Shown here piece by piece: positions 21,231-31,466 of a stretch of DNA of 64,000 nucleotides (position 1 is its first letter; the number at the start of each line of letters is the position of its first letter). Where the stretch lies: positions 1-64,000 of the forward strand of contig CAVQNT010000005.1 in NCBI GenBank assembly GCA_963714275.1, given 5' to 3'. The stretch comes from Candidatus Bathyarchaeota archaeon (GTDB lineage Archaea > Thermoproteota > Bathyarchaeia > Bathyarchaeales > DTEX01). The translations under genes were made by a program, and so were the position numbers. Under the pieces are notes generated by a model that saw only the letters and a list, made by a program, of their open reading frames with translations, had not been told where the DNA came from and made no database searches.

Positions 21231-21677
21231 ATGTCCTTGGACGAATATCGGAGGAAACGGGACTTCATGAAGACAAGTGAACCAGGAGGTGAAGTTATGG
21301 AAGAAGGAAAGAAGGGCGCTATTTACGTCATACAAAGGCATCAAGCCACTCATCTTCACTATGATTTTAGGCTTGAGAGAGACGGAGTTCTAAAGAGCTG
21401 GGCAGTACCGAAAGAACCACCTGTCGAAAAAGGCGTAAGAAGGTTAGTGATGGAGGTCGAGGACCACCCACTTGAATATGCAGGTTTTGAGGGCGAAATT
21501 CCAGAGGGCGAATATGGCGCGGGTACGGTTCAAATTTGGGATAAGGGAACATACGAGACTGAAAAGTGGGGTGAATCCGAAATTATCATCAACATGCACG
21601 GAAGCAAATTGAACGGGCGGTACTGCCTAATCAAGTTTAAGAAGGAAGAGAACAGTTGGCTTTTGTTTAAAGGTTGA
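21231..21677 (+). CDS. Stand-alone LigD-type 3'-phosphoesterase
   Basis: HQATHLHYDFRLE, SWAVPK, EDHPLEY, YGAG. Confidence 0.92.
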   Translation: MSLDEYRRKRDFMKTSEPGGEVMEEGKKGAIYVIQRHQATHLHYDFRLERDGVLKSWAVPKEPPVEKGVRRLVMEVEDHPLEYAGFEGEIPEGEYGAGTVQIWDKGTYETEKWGESEIIINMHGSKLNGRYCLIKFKKEENSWLLFKG

Positions 21678-21728
21678 CGAAGGCTTAATAGAGTTTAGAA
21701 GCTTAACTGAATTCAAAATCGCTTCGAA

Positions 21729-22421
21729 GTGCTGTATGAAATGGCGAAAGAAAAGGCTGTTGTCGCATCGTCTCTACGGAAAGAGTACAGCATCGGCGAA
21801 ACCGTAGTTGAGGCGCTAAAAGGCGTCGACCTGACCATTTTAACTGGCGAGTTCATTACGATCCGCGGTCCGTCTGGAGCTGGAAAAACGACCCTTCTAA
21901 ACATTATTGGTGGTTTGGACAAGCCAACATCAGGCGAGATTTCTGTCCTTGGGCATGATCTGGTTAAGTACGATGAGTATTTTCTTGCGACTTTCCGGTG
22001 CACCAACATCGGCTACATTTTTCAATCATACAACCTAATTTCGACCCTTACTGCAAAGGAGAATCTCGCGTTTCCCATGCACTTGGCTGGGTGGGACGAA
22101 AACAGGATTGAACAAAAGTCAGAGGAGCTGCTGAAACTTGTGGGCTTAACTGGCAGAGCTGACCATTTTCCGTCCCAGCTCAGCGGAGGCGAACAGCAAC
22201 GGGCAGCTTTCGCTCGGGCGCTTGCTAATAATCCGCTTATTTTGTTGGCGGATGAGCCTACGGGAAACCTTGATTTAGACACGGGCTTGAAGGTCATTGA
22301 CATTTTGAAGAGACTGAAAGAGAAGAAGACGATTGTTGTTGTCACGCATGATGAACGTGTCCAGAGGTTGGCGGATCGGACTCTTGTCATGTCAGAGGGA
22401 AAGATTGTCTCTAAGGAGTAA
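21729..22421 (+). CDS. ABC transporter ATP-binding protein (LolD/MacB-like)
   Basis: GPSGAGKT, LSGGEQQR, DEPTGNLD. Confidence 0.95.
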   Translation: MLYEMAKEKAVVASSLRKEYSIGETVVEALKGVDLTILTGEFITIRGPSGAGKTTLLNIIGGLDKPTSGEISVLGHDLVKYDEYFLATFRCTNIGYIFQSYNLISTLTAKENLAFPMHLAGWDENRIEQKSEELLKLVGLTGRADHFPSQLSGGEQQRAAFARALANNPLILLADEPTGNLDLDTGLKVIDILKRLKEKKTIVVVTHDERVQRLADRTLVMSEGKIVSKE

Positions 22422-22430
22422 GCAGGAAAG

Positions 22431-24290
22431 TTGGGTTTTCCAATAAAAGAGCTGACGAGAAGAAAGTTACAGACAACATTAACAATTATGAGCCTCGCCG
22501 TCTGCGTTTCGGTAGCCACTTCACTTGTTCTTTTCGGCGAAAACCTCGGTGTTCAAATTACAGGTTTTTCGACAGGCGGATTAACGGTTGGATTTTCAGT
22601 AATTTTTTCTAGGTTCCTCTTTATTGTGGTTCTGTTAAGCTGCGTCACCGGAGTTCTCGTTGTTTATTTCCTGATGTCCGCGGCTACTTCGGATCGAACT
22701 CGCGACATCGGCATAATGAAAGCCGTCGGATGCCTGACTGATGCCGTCTTTAAACATTTCGCACTGGAGCTTTTGATTCTTGTCTCTGCAGGTTGCTTGA
22801 TTGGGTCTTTTGTTGGGATTTGCCTAAATTTCGTTTCGACTGTCGTGATGAACTTTATGGGTTTCCGTCTCGCAATGGGTTTCTTGAATGTGCAGATGGT
22901 TTTGTTAATTTTTTCTTTGTTCGTCGGCTTTTCTTTTGTTCTAGGCTTACGGTTGACTGCGCAGGCTGCTCGTGTTAAACCTGCTGAGGCGTTGACTCAA
23001 GTTTCAGATGTAATAGTGGTTCAACAATCAAACTTTAAGTTGCCATTCCTGTTTGGGAAGAGTCTTACTGCACGAATTGCCTTCAGGACCTTGCGTAGGA
23101 GATGGTCTATGACAATACGGTCTATTACGTGTCTCGGTGCGGTTATGGTTTTGATGACCGTTATTGTTGTCGGCGGAATAGTTTCTGAGGAAACCATGCT
23201 GAGCTATGTTCAAAGGGCAGTGGGGAGAAACGTGGTTCTCGTAGCCAAGGCTGAAATGGCTGAACATTACGAAAGTTTGCTTGAAAAGTTTCTTCAGTCG
23301 AACCAATCTGAGCCCTTTGATTACCTTAATGCTGAATATGCGATTCCGAGCTCTATTATATCCAAAATTCAGAACATCAGCGGAGTCATTAAGGTTGACC
23401 CTCGATTGGTTTTGGAAAGCACAATAAAAGAAAACCAGTACATCTATCCAGACCCCGACAATCCCGGTCAGTACGTGGTAGTTGGCAACCAGAGACAAGG
23501 CAACGTGGCAGTCATGGGTGTTCACGCTGGGAACCTTATTAGTGATTGGCTGCTTCTCGGCGAAAAAATTAACGACGAAGACTTGAACAATGCGCTGATA
23601 GGAGACTCTTTGGCTGCAACGTGCTTCGCTGACCCTTTAACGCAGAGTTTCAGAGCTTTTAATCACGAATTCCGTACTGTCGGGGTGTGCTTAGACCCGC
23701 TGAATAACGGAATGGTGGTCTATGTGCCCTATGAAGGGTTATCCTCCGTTGTTAACTGCTCAGGCTACAACGTTATTCTTGTGCAGATTAATCCATTAAA
23801 GCGTCCGGGAGCACTTGAGGAGATAGAGAACGCTGTTTCAGGCTCAGACTTAGTTGTGGTTGATTTGGACCAAACCTTGAATAAACAGGTGAACTTCATG
23901 AACCAAATTTGGGCGTCGCTCCTTTCTCTTTCGCTCCTGTCTTTCCTGAGCGCAGTCACTTCGCTTGTGGGTTTCCTTACGCTTTCGGTTTCAGGTCAGC
24001 AGAGAGACTTAGGCATCATGCGTGCGTTAGGTGCAAAACCTGGCATCATATTAAAGGTTGTAGTGTTACAGACGTTCCTGCTTGTCTTATGCGGTGCATT
24101 ATTTGGGTTGCCAGTTGGGATGGCTGTAGTCCTAACGTTTTTGATTCCTGAACCAGTAGTATCCCAAAACGCGGTTGTGGTGATTGCATTGTTGATCTCT
24201 GGGCTGATTGCAGCTTTATGTTTTGCGAGCTTCTTTCCTGGCAGAAATGCTGCTCGTATCCCAATTGTGCCTACGGTTTCAAGAGTCTAA
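22431..24290 (+). CDS. FtsX-like ABC permease
   Basis: Two R-D-x-GIM-x-A-x-G FtsX motifs and multiple TM segments. Confidence 0.9.
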   Translation: MGFPIKELTRRKLQTTLTIMSLAVCVSVATSLVLFGENLGVQITGFSTGGLTVGFSVIFSRFLFIVVLLSCVTGVLVVYFLMSAATSDRTRDIGIMKAVGCLTDAVFKHFALELLILVSAGCLIGSFVGICLNFVSTVVMNFMGFRLAMGFLNVQMVLLIFSLFVGFSFVLGLRLTAQAARVKPAEALTQVSDVIVVQQSNFKLPFLFGKSLTARIAFRTLRRRWSMTIRSITCLGAVMVLMTVIVVGGIVSEETMLSYVQRAVGRNVVLVAKAEMAEHYESLLEKFLQSNQSEPFDYLNAEYAIPSSIISKIQNISGVIKVDPRLVLESTIKENQYIYPDPDNPGQYVVVGNQRQGNVAVMGVHAGNLISDWLLLGEKINDEDLNNALIGDSLAATCFADPLTQSFRAFNHEFRTVGVCLDPLNNGMVVYVPYEGLSSVVNCSGYNVILVQINPLKRPGALEEIENAVSGSDLVVVDLDQTLNKQVNFMNQIWASLLSLSLLSFLSAVTSLVGFLTLSVSGQQRDLGIMRALGAKPGIILKVVVLQTFLLVLCGALFGLPVGMAVVLTFLIPEPVVSQNAVVVIALLISGLIAALCFASFFPGRNAARIPIVPTVSRV

Positions 24291-24329
24291 AAAAAGATAT
24301 ACCAAAAAATTTTTTGTATTTTTTAAAAA

Positions 24330-24692
24330 TTAGGTAGATGCTGGTTTTGGTTGAATCAGTCTTCCCCAGTCGATCTTTTTGGCTATCATTTTTAGGTGGT
24401 TTTTGAGTTTCGTTTCTGCGTCGTCAGCTCCCATGCGTCCTGAGTTCCAGGTGACGAAGGGAGGATAAAATGAAGCTTCCTTGAACTTGGCTTGGCCTTC
24501 TTTGATCTCGAATTTTATGTATCCGAGTTCTCTCAGGTAACAAGAATCGTTGGGGCACAGAACGTCAATTTCCTGCAGTTCACGTTTCAGAAACAACACT
24601 TTGTATTCTTCTGGGTCTTCTATCACTCTGCCGCATGGGCATTGGATGCTTCCAGTTTCCTCAGCCATCTTTTTCACTTCCTTATTTTTCAT
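24330..24692 (-). CDS. Conserved archaeal hypothetical protein (Cys-containing)
   Basis: CPCG...CPNDSC...FYPPFVTWN; overlaps the end of the upstream ABC ATPase. Confidence 0.7.
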   Translation of the reverse strand: MKNKEVKKMAEETGSIQCPCGRVIEDPEEYKVLFLKRELQEIDVLCPNDSCYLRELGYIKFEIKEGQAKFKEASFYPPFVTWNSGRMGADDAETKLKNHLKMIAKKIDWGRLIQPKPAST

Positions 24693-25425
24693 ACTCTTTG
24701 GCAGTTAATACGAGTCCACGTCTTTTTTCGATGTTTTCCACAGTACCATCCCTTAGGAACACAACTCTGTCGCTGATGTCAATCATCTTCAAGTCATGAG
24801 TGGCGCAAATGATGGTTGTTCCACGCTCAGCCTTCAAACGATAAAGAAGCTGAACGATAGCGAAGCCCGTGTTAAGATCCAAGTTTCCAGTCGGCTCGTC
24901 TGCGAGAATGATTGCTGGATTGTTCGCCAAGGCCCTTGCTATGGCTACACGCTGCTGTTGCCCTCCGCTTAACTCGGTGGGTCTGTGGTCAAGCCTATCT
25001 CCCAATCCGACGGTGGTTAGGAGTTCGCCTGCTTTTTCCTGCCTTATCGACTTTGACACGCCCAAAAACGTCATGGGCAACGCTACGTTCTCTCTGGCGG
25101 ATAAGACTGGTATCAGGTTGAAGGTTTGGAAGATATAACCGATTTTTTGGCATCTCAGCCACGCCATGGCTCTTGAGGGAATTTTTGACAGGTCTACGCC
25201 GTCTATGAAGATGTCGCCTTTTGAGGGTCTGTCAATACCGCCTATCATGTTGAAAAGGGTTGTTTTCCCAGAGCCTGAAGGACCCATGACTGAAAGGTAT
25301 TCGCCGTGTGGAATTTCGAGATTTATGCCCTGTAAAGCGTGAACTTCTTCTCCTTTAAGTTTGTAAGTCTTGTGAACATCCACGACTTTAACAGCAGGAA
25401 CTGCTTCTCCCATTACATTATGCAC
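24682..25425 (-). CDS. ABC transporter ATP-binding protein
   Basis: GPSGSGKT, LSGGQQQR, DEPTGNLD. Confidence 0.95.
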   Translation of the reverse strand: MHNVMGEAVPAVKVVDVHKTYKLKGEEVHALQGINLEIPHGEYLSVMGPSGSGKTTLFNMIGGIDRPSKGDIFIDGVDLSKIPSRAMAWLRCQKIGYIFQTFNLIPVLSARENVALPMTFLGVSKSIRQEKAGELLTTVGLGDRLDHRPTELSGGQQQRVAIARALANNPAIILADEPTGNLDLNTGFAIVQLLYRLKAERGTTIICATHDLKMIDISDRVVFLRDGTVENIEKRRGLVLTAKEYEK

Positions 25426-25513
25426 CTCTAGACTTTCTTCATAAATGAAGTGAGGATATTTATATAATTGTTGCCAAAAAAAGGTTTTTTTCCATCATCG
25501 GTTGATGCTTAAA

Positions 25514-25891
25514 TCATACTAAAACGTCGGAAAAAATATTAGTCATCAGCCCCTCAATCTTCATGTATATCGTTTGGGCTGTTTCCACTATTTCTTCGCC
25601 TTTTGACGTGAGGGCGTAAATCCGTTTTCTAACATTCCACCCTCCTTTGATTAATCCTTCCCTTTCAAGAGCGTAGAGCAGCGAATAAACTGAGCCTGAA
25701 CTTGGCAGGATGTTGAATTTGTCGAAGATTGAGGAAATCACGTCGTATCCGCTCATCGGCGCCTTTCTCAGCTCTGAAAGTACGATGATGTCCATGAAAT
25801 TTTTAACGGTCCTCTTCTGTAATTGGCGAAGTAGGTTCTTTCTCTCGGCATGTATGATTTCAAGCATACTTTTTAGCCAATATCTATTCAT
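25514..25891 (-). CDS. PadR-family transcriptional regulator
   Basis: MSGYDVI...SGSVYSLLYALEREGLI...RIYALTSKG. Confidence 0.9.
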   Translation of the reverse strand: MNRYWLKSMLEIIHAERKNLLRQLQKRTVKNFMDIIVLSELRKAPMSGYDVISSIFDKFNILPSSGSVYSLLYALEREGLIKGGWNVRKRIYALTSKGEEIVETAQTIYMKIEGLMTNIFSDVLV

Positions 25892-26030
25892 GTATATACA
25901 TATATAAACTTTTGCATCATAAATCCGTCAAACAAACGAAGATTGCAATAATACATAGAATCCTTTTCACGTATCATGGGATAAACACCGGCATGCATTT
26001 GCGCCTAAAACAACAGAGTGGGTGCGCCGC

Positions 26031-26099
26031 AAAACAGGACAGGTCTAAAACGATGCAACTTGTTGTTCAAAATTGAAATTCGGTTATTGAGCAAAACAG
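26031..26099 (+). repeat. Dispersed intergenic repeat, copy 1 (partial)
   Basis: AAAACAGGACAGGTCTAA...TTGTTGTTCAAAA...GCAAAACAG matches the 27428-27527 and 53065-53164 copies. Confidence 0.65.
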
Positions 26100-26188
26100 T
26101 CTATTTGCCATTTTGTGGCGGCTTAATATAGGAATATACATGAGTGTGATGGTAAAGGTTATCTTTACGTTCTTCAGACCGTAAGGCG

Positions 26189-26704
26189 GTGTACAGAATG
26201 AGTTTATGGAAGTATTCTTTCGGACTTGCATCCAAAGAGCTAGAGGTCACGAAGAAGAAGAAGCAGGCTCTGGACAAATTGTTTGAATCAGCCAAGATTT
26301 CCCAGTCAACCTACGATTACTTGAACACGGAGCTTACTAAGGCAATTTCGGAGCTTGAAGGACACCTTAAGTCGCTTAAAGACCGCATGGATTCAAGGAC
26401 TCAGGAACTTGAAAGGCAAATGAGCACGCTTGAACTGTTTCTGGCAAGCCTCGAGATTCACCATGCTGCTGGCGATGTGGACGACGAAACGTACGAAAAG
26501 CAGAACAATGCCATAATCCTTGGGCTTGAAGCCACAAGACAGGAACTGGATGAAATAGAAGCATCAACAAAAATTATCATGCAGCCAACGAAACCATCAG
26601 CCATGCCGATAGAACCAGAAAAACCTGTTGTTGAAGTCGAAAAGGAAGAGGAAGAAGAACCAGAAATCAGCGAAGACAACGAATCTCGAAATAGAAGACC
26701 CTGA
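26189..26704 (+). CDS. CdvA-like coiled-coil protein
   Basis: KQALDKLFESAKISQSTYD...LELFLASLEIHHAAGDVDDETY. Confidence 0.7.
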   Translation: MYRMSLWKYSFGLASKELEVTKKKKQALDKLFESAKISQSTYDYLNTELTKAISELEGHLKSLKDRMDSRTQELERQMSTLELFLASLEIHHAAGDVDDETYEKQNNAIILGLEATRQELDEIEASTKIIMQPTKPSAMPIEPEKPVVEVEKEEEEEPEISEDNESRNRRP

Positions 26705-26844
26705 CCTCGAAGAGGAATCACTGGAATCTTAAGTCCAAAATTCTATATTCATCTCTTATCTTGAGCTCAATGCTGCGGAGCTCAGAATATTAGAAGCTTT
26801 CATCTTCTTTTTTTAATTGAAAACAAAAATGCTGGCTGTCCATT

Positions 26845-27324
26845 TTGAGCATGGAAATTGCTGAGCTAACCTTTAATCTTAAGACAAGAAGCTTGATGGA
26901 GCTAAGGTTTTTTAGAAAGGACCTTAAGTTCAAATGCCAACGCTGCGCAGTTTTCTGTTGCAGGCTCGGTGAACCAGTGCTTAACGTTAAAGACCTGCAA
27001 AGGCTTAGACAATCTGGTACAAAAGAAGAAAATTACGGAAAATCCAAGAAAGACAATGTTGGAATTTGTCTAAAAGAAACGGAAAATGGGTCATGTGTCT
27101 TTCTGGAATACGACGATGAATTCAAGCAACATGCGTGCTCCGTTTACGGCTTCAGACCAACTCTTTGCAGGCTTTACCCGTTTGAATTCACGTTAACGGG
27201 TCCCGGCATGGGAGTTTTAAAAATTATTCCATGCTGCAATGGCCTAAATACGGTAAATATGGAACTGGTTGACCAAAATTTTATCGAAAAAAACCTGTTG
27301 GAATCAATCATCAACTCTCTTTAG
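26845..27324 (+). CDS. YkgJ/FliB-family cysteine-cluster protein
   Basis: CQRCAVFCC, CVFL, CSVYGFRPTLCRLYPF. Confidence 0.88.
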   Translation: MSMEIAELTFNLKTRSLMELRFFRKDLKFKCQRCAVFCCRLGEPVLNVKDLQRLRQSGTKEENYGKSKKDNVGICLKETENGSCVFLEYDDEFKQHACSVYGFRPTLCRLYPFEFTLTGPGMGVLKIIPCCNGLNTVNMELVDQNFIEKNLLESIINSL

Positions 27325-27427
27325 ACAGATTGAGGCTGTTCCTTCATAAAATCTAAGCTTCGTTTTTCTAGAATGCATGAATCAGGCATATTGACATAAT
27401 TCATTGTTGATGCTGCCTTGAGCTCTG

Positions 27428-27527
27428 TTTTGTTCATCAACTGGCTTTGCTTTTTGAACAACAACCAGCACTGTCTTAGACCTGTCCTGTTTTGTGTGAC
27501 ATTAGAGTTTTCCGTTTATGTGACAAT
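27428..27527 (-). repeat. Dispersed intergenic repeat, copy 2
   Basis: Reverse complement aligns over ~100 bp with 53065-53164. Confidence 0.8.
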
Positions 27528-27604
27528 TGCTTAGACAATCATGTTTATTGGTTTCCCCCTCGGATTTTTTTTACCTTGTTTTCCTTATTGAAAATTTAAG
27601 TCAG

Positions 27605-27681
27605 TGGGGTCGGCCCGGATTTGAACCGGGGTCAAGAGAGCCCAAGTCTCCTAGCCTAAGACCAAGCTAGCCGACGACCCC
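27605..27681 (-). tRNA. tRNA-Pro (TGG)
   Basis: GGGGTCG acceptor stem, anticodon arm GGAGA-CTTGGGC-TCTCT, GGTTCAAATCC T-arm. Confidence 0.93.
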
Positions 27682-27911
27682 GAAAGCACTGTACCTTTTT
27701 TGGTAGGAACCTGCATCTTGGCAGCTTATATGAGTCTTCTTTCTTTGTGTGCTTCAGACTTTTTAAGGGTTTTAGTGTCTCTGCAGATAAGCTTTTCACT
27801 AATAAAATGTCAGCGACATAGATTTATTACCACAGGAATCTTAAAATCAAAAGATAGGTGTTATTAAGTTAAGAAGAATTTGAGACAATAATTCAGCGGA
27901 AGTGAAAGTGT

Positions 27912-29078
27912 ATGAAATCAAAACCAGTCAAATTCGGCGTTGTAGGCTGCGGAGGAATAACGAACGCCTACCACATTCCGAGAGAGCTTGTTCCCCTGTT
28001 GATTCAGGAAAAAAAGGCTGATCTGGTAGCGGTCTGCGACTCTATTGAGGAAAGAGCTAGGCTGACCAAGGAGCGATGGCACGCAAAAAACTTCTACACG
28101 GATTTCGACATGATGCTTGAAGAAGCCGACATAGACGCAGTAATCATCGCAACAAGCATGAACACTCACGCCTCGTTAGCCATAAAAGCAGCGAAGGCAG
28201 GAAAACACTTCTTTGTACAGAAACCCATGGCGACAAACATGAAGGACGCTGACGCCGTGGTCGAGGAAACACGGAAAGCCAAAGTTAAAGCCCAAGTAAG
28301 ACCTGACACCCCGCTTGTCACTGTTTACAGGAAGTCACGCGAAATCATAAAAGAAGATCACATCGGAAGACCGTTGTGGTTTCAATCAGGATTCGGAAGG
28401 GACGCGCCTGACTGGGGCGCTGAAACCTTCTTCAGCAAGGAAGCTGGTGGAGCCCTGTTCGATCTCGGCGTCTACTCAATCACTCCTGTCACGTTCATTT
28501 TGGGTCCAGCTAAACGTGTTGTTGGACTGGCAACCATATCGATTTCCACCCGTTCCATCATGTCAAAGGACGTTTACACGAAAAATCTAACCGACTACCT
28601 TAAAGGAGGACAATACCGAGTTTGGGACCCCAGTCTTCCACATGAAGATGTCAAAATTGGGGCTGAAGACAACACCTTCACTCTGCTGGACATGGACAAT
28701 GGATGTTTAGGTTTGATTATCTCTAACTTCATCATGCCCCACGGATTGAGACGCCCTATTCCGGAAGCAAGCCTCGAAGTATATGGTGAACAGGGAGGAC
28801 TGATCGTTGGAGGAGTCGCAGGTTCATCACTATCGATACTTTCGCTGAAAAAAGACAGCAAATACCAAACACCGCATGAAGAATCTGTGGGTAGCTGGTA
28901 CCACTTCGGAACCATGCCGCCTGGAATGAACCAGCTTGTGCACTTCGTTGACTGCATCGTGAACGACAAAGATCCTTTGCCGAACGTGGAATGGGGAAGA
29001 CACATAAGCGAAATCATGATCAAATCCATCGAATCAGCAAGAACAGGAAAAGCCCTCAGCTTGGAAAGCACCTTTTAA
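27912..29078 (+). CDS. Gfo/Idh/MocA-family oxidoreductase
   Basis: GVVGCGGI, QKPMA, GGALFDLGVY. Confidence 0.92.
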   Translation: MKSKPVKFGVVGCGGITNAYHIPRELVPLLIQEKKADLVAVCDSIEERARLTKERWHAKNFYTDFDMMLEEADIDAVIIATSMNTHASLAIKAAKAGKHFFVQKPMATNMKDADAVVEETRKAKVKAQVRPDTPLVTVYRKSREIIKEDHIGRPLWFQSGFGRDAPDWGAETFFSKEAGGALFDLGVYSITPVTFILGPAKRVVGLATISISTRSIMSKDVYTKNLTDYLKGGQYRVWDPSLPHEDVKIGAEDNTFTLLDMDNGCLGLIISNFIMPHGLRRPIPEASLEVYGEQGGLIVGGVAGSSLSILSLKKDSKYQTPHEESVGSWYHFGTMPPGMNQLVHFVDCIVNDKDPLPNVEWGRHISEIMIKSIESARTGKALSLESTF

Positions 29079-29115
29079 TGAATATTCGGAAACTTTTCTC
29101 TCGCTCCATGAATAA

Positions 29116-29788
29116 CTAAAACGTCAGTGACCAAGACGCGTACGTTTTTGCCAGCATGAGTATTATGAAGGAGACTAGGGGAACGGTGATGTTGTCGTCG
29201 ATGGGTTTGTACTCGTAGTGTTCTATGAACGATGCCACTGCCCCCACGAACATTCCAGCTGAACCTAACGTTGTGCCCACGGTTATTGAAAAAGCAGCCA
29301 TGGCTAGGTTTCCCCACCATGACTTGGTTCTTTTTTTGTAAATGTAGTTTCTAACTACTCCTGTGATTGCGTCTCCGACCGACATGAAGAGGACAGGCAA
29401 TATGCCAAACCAGAAGTCGCCTCCGGATAGCCACCAGCCAAGACTGATTATTACGCCCCACATTATACAAAACGAGACTTCGTACATGTTTTCTTGGGTT
29501 TGGAACCAGTACATGATTTTCCCGATTCTGTGTGGAATATAGATGAAGATCGCCAGCAACATGGCCATGACGAAGGGCAAAATTGCGGTTTTAAAGACAA
29601 AGGGAACTATGACTGCGCAGACTCCTCCTGCTAACGTGTGTATGACCTTTCTGTTGTAGTAGACCACGACGAAATGTTCGACACCCCTTTTCCTCATCCA
29701 CCTGTAAAGCTTCCTCGTCAAGACTACAGCAACGAAAATTACTCAGCTGAAAAGTAAAGCCGTCACAACGACTTCTCCAACTGACATC
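29116..29788 (-). CDS. Dolichol/phytol kinase-like membrane protein (in-frame TGA at codon 15)
   Basis: RKVIH, SVGDAITG, KSWWG, DDNITVP; the ATG 29788 frame is interrupted by one TGA. Confidence 0.8.
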
Positions 29789-29918
29789 ATACAAGCATAA
29801 TGGACGATGCAATGAAATAATAAATTTTTGGGAGAAGTAGAAAAAGAAAAGTTTGAATAAGGAACCTACTATTCCGACTTCTATAAGTAGCAACACATTA
29901 TTTGTTTACGTGAAGAGG

Positions 29919-30090
29919 TCAAATGATTGCTTTTTCCTTAAGGTATTCGCGAATGCAGAAGTTCAGAAAGCCAGTTAAGTCTTCTTACTCCGTTCTTTAA
30001 CTTTAGATCTTCCTTGTGTTCGTCATAGTATTTTCTTGCTCGCTCATAGATCTCGTCTGGAACTACGATAGGTCTCCAACCGTCAGCCAT
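29919..30090 (-). CDS. Small ribbon-helix-helix-like protein (frameshifted)
   Basis: MADGWRPIVVPDEIYERARKYY...LTGFLNFCIREYLKE; GGTGGTG RBS. Confidence 0.5.
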
Positions 30091-30293
30091 TCTCAATCAC
30101 CACCTTTATATCGATGAATTTACATCCGATTCCTATATTAATACTGGTCTTTATTGGTCGAAATACATAACGGGGAAATATTTAAACATTATGGATATTT
30201 ATATACAAATTTTTGTATAAGCCTTGTGCGTCATCATAACAGAAGTCATATATCTATTTATTACTTCGAGTATATTTTAAACATTCCCATTAA

Positions 30294-30313
30294 TTCATGT
30301 TATATAACATGAA
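30294..30313. promoter_or_regulatory. Perfect 20-bp palindrome TTCATGTTATATAACATGAA, candidate operator
   Basis: Lies between the divergent RHH-like gene and moaA. Confidence 0.45.
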
Positions 30314-30480
30314 AAATGATTAATTACTATAGGAATATACGTTTTTGATATGGCTTATAAGCAAGAATATAATTAATTCCTCTAAAAAATCTGAACAAAA
30401 CGTCTGCCTAAATATTAGTTTACGGTTATAATTATAGGCAAAGATATCGTGCATTTTTTCGTTCATGGAGTAAAAACGCG

Positions 30481-31395
30481 ATGCTGACTGACCCTTACGG
30501 AAGACCGATTGAAAGCATCCGAATATCGGTCACACAAAGGTGCAACCTTGGCTGCTTTTACTGTCACCAAGAAGGCGAGGCTTCGAAGCATGGTAAAGAG
30601 ATGACTCCGGAAGAAATACAACGCGTAGTAGAGATTGCTTCCTCATTCTCTATTAAGAAGGTTAAATTGACTGGCGGAGAACCCCTTGTAAGAAAAGACA
30701 TTTTCGACATCATACGCAAAATCAAGTCCACGCGAGGAATCAAGGAAGTATCAATGACAACGAACGGCATCCTCTTATCAGACAATGCAGAAAAACTGAA
30801 AAATGCAGGTCTCGCAAGAGTTAACATCAGCCTCGACACATTGAATGTGGAAAAGTATAAACTTATCACAGGCTTGGATGCCTTTGAGAACGTGATTTCT
30901 GGCATTAGAACCGCAGTGAAAGTTGACCTTTGTCCAGTAAAAATTAACATGGTTTTACTTAAGGGTCTGAACGAGGATGAGGTTGGCGACATGATAGGAT
31001 TTACTAGCGAAAACGGCTTAATTCTTCAGATCATAGAGTTGGAGTCGCTAGCTGAAACAGAAGCTTACATGAAATATCATGCTGAACTGGAGAAGGTGGA
31101 AAATTACTTAAAAAGCGTGGCAGAAAAGGTTGTTGTGCGGCGAATGCATCATCGACGAAAATACTTCCTCCGCGAAGGAGGCGAAGTTGAGGTTGTAAGA
31201 CCCATGCATAACACCGAGTTCTGCCGACACTGCAACAGGATAAGGGTGACTTCGGACGGAAAACTTAAACCTTGCCTTTTCCGAAACAACAATCTCGTAG
31301 ACTTCGTGGGTCCCTTGAGAAATGGCGCATCAAACGAAGAATTGAAAGCCCTATTTTTCGAAGCTGCCAAAAGAAGAGCACCTTTTTTCACTTAA
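30481..31395 (+). CDS. moaA: GTP 3',8-cyclase
   Basis: CNLGCFYC radical-SAM motif, TGGEP, C-terminal FCRHCNRIR...KPCL. Confidence 0.95.
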   Translation: MLTDPYGRPIESIRISVTQRCNLGCFYCHQEGEASKHGKEMTPEEIQRVVEIASSFSIKKVKLTGGEPLVRKDIFDIIRKIKSTRGIKEVSMTTNGILLSDNAEKLKNAGLARVNISLDTLNVEKYKLITGLDAFENVISGIRTAVKVDLCPVKINMVLLKGLNEDEVGDMIGFTSENGLILQIIELESLAETEAYMKYHAELEKVENYLKSVAEKVVVRRMHHRRKYFLREGGEVEVVRPMHNTEFCRHCNRIRVTSDGKLKPCLFRNNNLVDFVGPLRNGASNEELKALFFEAAKRRAPFFT

Positions 31396-31466
31396 CCATA
31401 CTCGAAAATTTTTTACTTATAATTTCTTATCCTACTTTAGAATTCATATTAATAGGGTGAAACAGG

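Noticed and set aside
27605-27681. tRNA-Pro as the element's integration site
   Set aside because: It lies 10 kb from the integrase among host genes, and I saw no duplicated tRNA 3' end.
29744-29746. In-frame TGA in the kinase-like gene (and TAG in the PolB fragment) as possible Sec/Pyl recoding
   Set aside because: Isolated cases in an error-prone assembly; the TGA sits where Trp (TGG) is plausible, and TGA/TAG act as normal stops elsewhere in the window.
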